A stretch of 64,000 nucleotides of DNA from an uncultured Verrucomicrobiae bacterium. Its GTDB lineage: Bacteria > Verrucomicrobiota > Verrucomicrobiia > Opitutales > JABDGR01. Where the stretch lies: positions 800,001-864,000 of the forward strand of contig CAVXVB010000009.1 in assembly GCA_963765205.1 (NCBI GenBank), read 5' to 3'. The translations under genes and the position numbers were made by a program. The notes beneath the pieces were generated by a model, which searched no databases, was not told the DNA's origin, and saw nothing but the letters and a program-made list of their open reading frames with translations. This document shows, one piece after another, positions 59,540 through 64,000 of the stretch (its first letter is position 1; every line of letters starts with the position of its first letter).

Positions 59540-60766
59540 ATGAAATCAGCCGGCATACTGACCGCTGGCCTGGCGGCAATTCTATGCACCGGGGCCGCGT
59601 TTGGGCAATCGCCCCAACCGGCGGATGTGGCGTCGGCTCCCCCTGTCATCGCACCGGCGACTGCGACCCCGGCTTCCGCAACAGCCAACGACTTTAAATC
59701 GGGCGATATTTTGGATGCACTGCAGGATCGCTACACGTCCCTGTTTGAAAAAATCAGCCCGGCGGTCGTGAGCGTGAATGCCGCCATCCCCGGTCCCACC
59801 ACCGAGACCCCGCCCACCGCCTATGTTTGGTCCGGCTTTTTCATTACACGCAGCGGCGATATCCTGACCACCAACGCCCATTACCTGCAAAATGCGACGC
59901 GCGTTTGGGTGATCAGCGGCAACGTCGGCTTTACGGCCGAAGTGAAAGGCCTCGATTTGGTGACCGACGTGGCCTTGTTGCACGCCGATTCACTGCCCAA
60001 GAATTTTGCGGTGCTCGACCTCGCCGACCATCCGGACCTTCCTCAAAAAGCCACCATGCTCATGTCGGTTACCTGCAAACAAGGCCAGGATCCCGGTCCC
60101 TCCACCGGTCTCGTGCAGGGTTACAACGTCAATGTTGGCAATCGCGAATTGCCCACGCTCTATTTGCGCACCAACATCCCCGACGATGGTGGCGAGGGCG
60201 GTTCGCCCGTCGTGGATTTGCAAGGCCGCCTGGTCGGCATGATGATTGCCTCCCTCACAGAAAGCCGCTCCTCCCTCGTGCTGCCATCGCGCGCCGCCCT
60301 GCGGGTCCGCGATGATTTGCTAACCAACGGCAAAGTCGCCTACGGCCAACTTGGCTTTCACGGCGAGCAACGCAGCGACACCGCTTCCGGCGTTAATATC
60401 TTTGTCACCAGCGTGGATTACGGCGGCCCGGCCCTCGACGCCGGACTCAAAACGGGCGACGAAGTCCGCACCCTCAATGGCGCCCCCATTAATAACGAAA
60501 CCGATTTGCGCCAGGCTGCTTTCTACCTCCGCCCCGACCAGGATGTCTCCCTCGGCGTGCATCGCGATGGCCAGGATCTCCAACTGACGCTGCACGTTGG
60601 CGAAATGCCCTTGGCCACCGACCTTAATAAGCAATTGGCCACGGAGGCAAAAACCACCCCGCCCACCGCCGCCACCGCGCCCAAGCCCGATTCCGCCCCC
60701 GCCAGCCTCATCCCCGGCGTCGGTGATCCGGCTCTGCCGCCGCCGCCGGTCGAGAAAGTGAAGTAA
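59540..60766 (+). CDS. HtrA/DegS-like trypsin-fold + PDZ protein
   Basis: Signal peptide, PAVVSV, ILTTNAH, TDVALL, GEGGSP, GLKTGDEV. Confidence 0.88.
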   Translation: MKSAGILTAGLAAILCTGAAFGQSPQPADVASAPPVIAPATATPASATANDFKSGDILDALQDRYTSLFEKISPAVVSVNAAIPGPTTETPPTAYVWSGFFITRSGDILTTNAHYLQNATRVWVISGNVGFTAEVKGLDLVTDVALLHADSLPKNFAVLDLADHPDLPQKATMLMSVTCKQGQDPGPSTGLVQGYNVNVGNRELPTLYLRTNIPDDGGEGGSPVVDLQGRLVGMMIASLTESRSSLVLPSRAALRVRDDLLTNGKVAYGQLGFHGEQRSDTASGVNIFVTSVDYGGPALDAGLKTGDEVRTLNGAPINNETDLRQAAFYLRPDQDVSLGVHRDGQDLQLTLHVGEMPLATDLNKQLATEAKTTPPTAATAPKPDSAPASLIPGVGDPALPPPPVEKVK

Positions 60767-60775
60767 GCCTCGCCC

Positions 60776-61195
60776 ATGCCCGTCCGCACCGACTTGCTCG
60801 TCGTTCGCACACCCGGCCGCGGCACCCATGAAATCACCGCGCAAGTCGAGGAAGCCCTGCGCCGCTCCGGCCTGCGGGAAGGCACGGTCACCATCTTTTG
60901 CCAGCACACCAGTTGCAGCCTGGTTTTGATGGAAAACGCCGACCCCACGGCGCGGCGCGATTTGCACCATTATCTGGACAAACTGGTGCCCGATGGCGAC
61001 CCGGACTTTGTCCACACCCTCGAAGGCAAGGACGACATGTCCGCCCACATCAAAATGGCCCTGACGCGCAGCGCCGAAATCATCCCGTTCCAAGGCGGCC
61101 GCCTGTTGCTCGGAACCTGGCAGGGGATTTTCCTCTGGGAGCACCGCCTCCGCCCCCATCAACGGCAGTTGGTGCTGACGTTGATGGGTGAATGA
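60776..61195 (+). CDS. yjbQ: YjbQ/UPF0047 family protein
   Basis: HTSCSL..ENADP, HIK, LGTWQGIFLWE. Confidence 0.92.
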   Translation: MPVRTDLLVVRTPGRGTHEITAQVEEALRRSGLREGTVTIFCQHTSCSLVLMENADPTARRDLHHYLDKLVPDGDPDFVHTLEGKDDMSAHIKMALTRSAEIIPFQGGRLLLGTWQGIFLWEHRLRPHQRQLVLTLMGE

Positions 61196-61207
61196 GCCGG
61201 GAGGGGA

Positions 61208-61289
61208 TTCACCGCAAAGAAGCGAAGATCGCCAAGGAGAATTTGGGCGGTAAAGCCAGTTTTTGCGATCTTCGCGGTTTTGCGGTGAA
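61208..61289. repeat. Intergenic long imperfect inverted repeat
   Basis: TTCACCGCAAA..GCGAAGATCGC ... GCGATCTTCGC..TTTGCGGTGAA. Confidence 0.75.
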
Positions 61290-61353
61290 AGCTACGGGAT
61301 ATTCCCACGCAATCAGCATTGCTTCGCGCAAAATTGCGGCCTAATTATCCTGC

Positions 61354-62169
61354 ATGTTTTTCCTCCGGCATTCCAGCCGCTTTTGCCGCGCCACCCTGGC
61401 CTTGCTCACGCTCAGTCTGGCTGCGGGCTGTGGCAACGCCACCAAACTTGTCGTCGCCCCGGAGACGGACGACCGGCAATACCAATACGGCGAAGAAATG
61501 CTCAAGGAAAACCGCCCCGACGACGCGCTGGCCGCCTTCCTGAATGTTATCAAGGCCCGCGAGGACGACGCCCCCGAATCTCATCTCGAAACCGGGCTGC
61601 TCCTGCTCAATGTCAAGAACGACCCCATCGCCGCCATCTATCATTTTCAAAAATATCTCGTGGCCCAGCCCAATTCCGAGCAGGCGCCGCGCGTGAAGCA
61701 GTTGATTGAGACCGCCGAAAAGAACTTTGCCCGCTCCCTGCCGATGCACCCCGACAGCGCGTATGACGAAGCCGACTTGATGGACCAGATCAAAACCCTG
61801 CAAACCGAAAACGAAAACCTGCGCCAGCAGTTGGCAGGCTCATCCGCCTTTCGTGCGGCCAGTGGTCTCCCCTCCGGAAACACCCCCGCTACGGTCATGC
61901 CCGTCACGCCCATCGCGAATCCCGCCCCTCCCGCCCCGCGCGCGTCCGTTCCGGTCACGGCCGCGCCGGTTGCTTCCGTCACCGCCATCACTCCGACTCC
62001 CTCCACGAACACTTACACCGTCAAGGAACACGACACGCTGATGTCCATCAGCCAGACCCTCTACGGCACGCGCAGCCGCTGGCAGGACATCTACAACGCC
62101 AATCGCGACAAACTGCCCAGCCCCGAATCGCTGCACCCCGGTCAAGTTCTCAACCTGCCGAAGAAGTGA
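61354..62169 (+). CDS. Lipoprotein with TPR-like N-terminus and C-terminal LysM
   Basis: Lipobox AAGC; YTVKEHDTLMSIS..YG...WQDIYNAN...LHPGQVLNLP. Confidence 0.9.
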   Translation: MFFLRHSSRFCRATLALLTLSLAAGCGNATKLVVAPETDDRQYQYGEEMLKENRPDDALAAFLNVIKAREDDAPESHLETGLLLLNVKNDPIAAIYHFQKYLVAQPNSEQAPRVKQLIETAEKNFARSLPMHPDSAYDEADLMDQIKTLQTENENLRQQLAGSSAFRAASGLPSGNTPATVMPVTPIANPAPPAPRASVPVTAAPVASVTAITPTPSTNTYTVKEHDTLMSISQTLYGTRSRWQDIYNANRDKLPSPESLHPGQVLNLPKK

Positions 62170-62186
62170 TGGTCCCGCCGCCGGCC

Positions 62187-63314
62187 ATGCCGTATTTCGA
62201 CCATAACGCCACCACGCCGCCGCACCCCGCCACGCTGGCGGTGGGCCGGGAAACCGCCGAAGAGTCCTGGCACAACCCATCCAGTCCCTATCGGGCCGCC
62301 GCCCGCGCGCACGCGTTGCTCGAAACGGCGCGCGAAGAATTGGCCGCGCTCCTCGGGGGCGGGCCCGAGGAATATGTCTTTACCTCCGGTGCCACTGAGG
62401 CCAACAACGCCGTCTTGGCCCATTTCGCGCGGAAAAATCCGCCCGATGCGCGCGTCCTCGTGTCGGCCATCGAACATCCCAGCGTGCTCGAGGCCGCGCA
62501 AGAATGGTTTCCCCACCGGGTCGAATTGATTCCGGTGGATTCCACCGGGGTCGCGCGCCTGTATGCCCTTGACCGCGCGCTCGACGCCGGCCCCGTCGCC
62601 GTCGTCTCCCTGATGGCCGCCAACAACGAGACCGGCGTGCTCCAGCCCTGCGCCGAAGCCGCCCGCCAGTGCCGCGCGCGCGGCGTGCCCTTTCATTGCG
62701 ACGCCACGCAGGTTTTCGGAAAACTGCCATGGCGGGATATTGCTGAATATGATTTTGTCACCGGATCAGGGCACAAGTTTGGCGGCCCCAAAGGCGTCGG
62801 CTTTCTGAAAATCCCGAAAAGCTCCGGCTTTCACGGCCAGCTTGGGGGCGAACAGGAGCACGGCCGGCGCGCCGGCACAGAAAATCTACCCGCCATTCGC
62901 GCGATGCTCGCCGCGCTCACCACCCGCGCCGCGGACCTTCCAGCAAAAACCCCGAAGTGGGCGAGGGCGCGCGCCGATTTTGAAGTTGCGCTCGTCGCCG
63001 CCCTGCCCGGTGTCATTATCGTGGGCGAAGATGCCCCCCGGCTGTGGAATACCGTGATGTTCCTGCCGCCGCGCCACGCCAACACCCGCTGGATCGCCGC
63101 GCTCGACCGGCGTGGTTTTCAAATTTCGACCGGCTCCGCCTGTGCCACCGGCCGCGCAGGCCCTTCCCACGTCCTCACCGCGATGGGGGTTGACCCCGAC
63201 GACGCCCGCCGTGCGTTGCGCGTCTCCGGCGGGTGGGAGACCACCGCCGCCGACTGGGCCGCGCTTGCTGAGGCGTTCGCTGCGGCGAGGGTAGAGCTGG
63301 ACGCCGGTCGTTAA
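62187..63314 (+). CDS. Cysteine desulfurase (IscS/NifS family)
   Basis: YFDHNATT, FTSGATEANN, SGHKFGGPKG, RAGTEN, STGSAC. Confidence 0.93.
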   Translation: MPYFDHNATTPPHPATLAVGRETAEESWHNPSSPYRAAARAHALLETAREELAALLGGGPEEYVFTSGATEANNAVLAHFARKNPPDARVLVSAIEHPSVLEAAQEWFPHRVELIPVDSTGVARLYALDRALDAGPVAVVSLMAANNETGVLQPCAEAARQCRARGVPFHCDATQVFGKLPWRDIAEYDFVTGSGHKFGGPKGVGFLKIPKSSGFHGQLGGEQEHGRRAGTENLPAIRAMLAALTTRAADLPAKTPKWARARADFEVALVAALPGVIIVGEDAPRLWNTVMFLPPRHANTRWIAALDRRGFQISTGSACATGRAGPSHVLTAMGVDPDDARRALRVSGGWETTAADWAALAEAFAAARVELDAGR

Positions 63315-63402
63315 TGCCAGACACATAAAACGCTCAAGTAACTTCCAGCCTAAGGATTGCCAAGCCGCAATAAACCTTCTAAGGTGAAAGGAGCTTACCA
63401 TC

Positions 63403-64000
63403 ATGGCGCAACCCCGCAGACAATTCTGGCGCATCGCCGCCTGCTTGGTGATTCTCGTCACCGCCGGGCCTGGCCTCGCGCGCGCACAGATCAGACACAA
63501 CGACTTTACGGAGATGAGCAGCACGTTTTCGACCAACCAGGCTTCCTCCGTGCTCATCAGCCCGGGCCAAATGGGCATCTCCGGCCCCAGCATGTTCGTG
63601 GGGACGCTGCCCAACCTCGACAGTTCAGTGAATGACAAGCGCGCCACGCTCACCGGCAACAGTTTTCAAAAAACCTTCAGCACGCTGAACGGCCAGATGG
63701 CCGGCTCTCAGTGGAAGAGCAATTTTCCCCTCGGCCCGAACCTCCCGCTGAAAATGGCTCCCTCATCGCCCATGCACCAGCCGCAGATGGCGGACAGCAT
63801 GCAAAAAAATTCCCCACTCAACGATTTTGCCAGCCGCGACCAACTGGACCAGCACGAGGTCGGTCCTTCGAAATTCACCGACGCCTACACCTTTCACGCC
63901 GTGGACAATGGCACCCAGCTCGCGGAAGTTGGCCATGAATTGTCCCTGCAGGATATCAACCGTTACCAATTCCAAGGCTCCTTTTCCAGCGCACCCGGTC
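63403..64000 (+). CDS. Secreted hypothetical protein, 3' partial
   Basis: ATG 63403 after AAGGAG; signal-like MAQPRRQFWRIAACLVILVTAGPGLARA; frame open to the window end. Confidence 0.65.
   Translation, partial: MAQPRRQFWRIAACLVILVTAGPGLARAQIRHNDFTEMSSTFSTNQASSVLISPGQMGISGPSMFVGTLPNLDSSVNDKRATLTGNSFQKTFSTLNGQMAGSQWKSNFPLGPNLPLKMAPSSPMHQPQMADSMQKNSPLNDFASRDQLDQHEVGPSKFTDAYTFHAVDNGTQLAEVGHELSLQDINRYQFQGSFSSAPG

Overview
GC-rich bacterial chromosome segment, most likely Verrucomicrobiota/Opitutales (inferred from a W-AxxDP-xAA repeat protein, an N-methyl prepilin/H-X9-DG protein and the gene order). Housekeeping flanks are: left, repeat protein, glyA, pilin-like gene and a divergent glgA; right, nuoB-N operon, Ser/Thr kinase, tRNA-Leu, MidA-like methyltransferase, S41 protease, tsaD, sulfite reductase, GT4, FabB/F, ACP-FabZ fusion, ECF sigma/anti-sigma/HtrA-like, YjbQ, LysM protein and cysteine desulfurase. 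Between them is a ~25.5 kb tandem array of two integrative elements at the 3' end of tRNA-Ser(GGA) (31161-31250, minus strand). Element A (~24953-31187, ~6.2 kb) encodes a tyrosine integrase, an excisionase-like HTH, a rolling-circle HUH Rep and two lower-GC cargo genes, one an HNH nuclease. Its att core lies inside the integrase reading frame. Circularising it by hand swaps the integrase C-terminal tail for an open 66-codon frame whose stop overlaps the rep start, so rep would be coupled to the int operon only after excision. Element B (~5726-24975, ~19.2 kb) has a nonsense-interrupted integrase, a MobF relaxase-helicase, two palindrome arrays, an MFS/methyltransferase/atypical kinase/giant receiver cassette, an exported-protein cluster and a recurring GGACAWWTGTCC motif. 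Both displaced tRNA fragments carry the same 4-nt deletion. Several single-base frameshifts in conserved genes suggest assembly errors. All calls come from reading the sequence by eye; no database searches were run.
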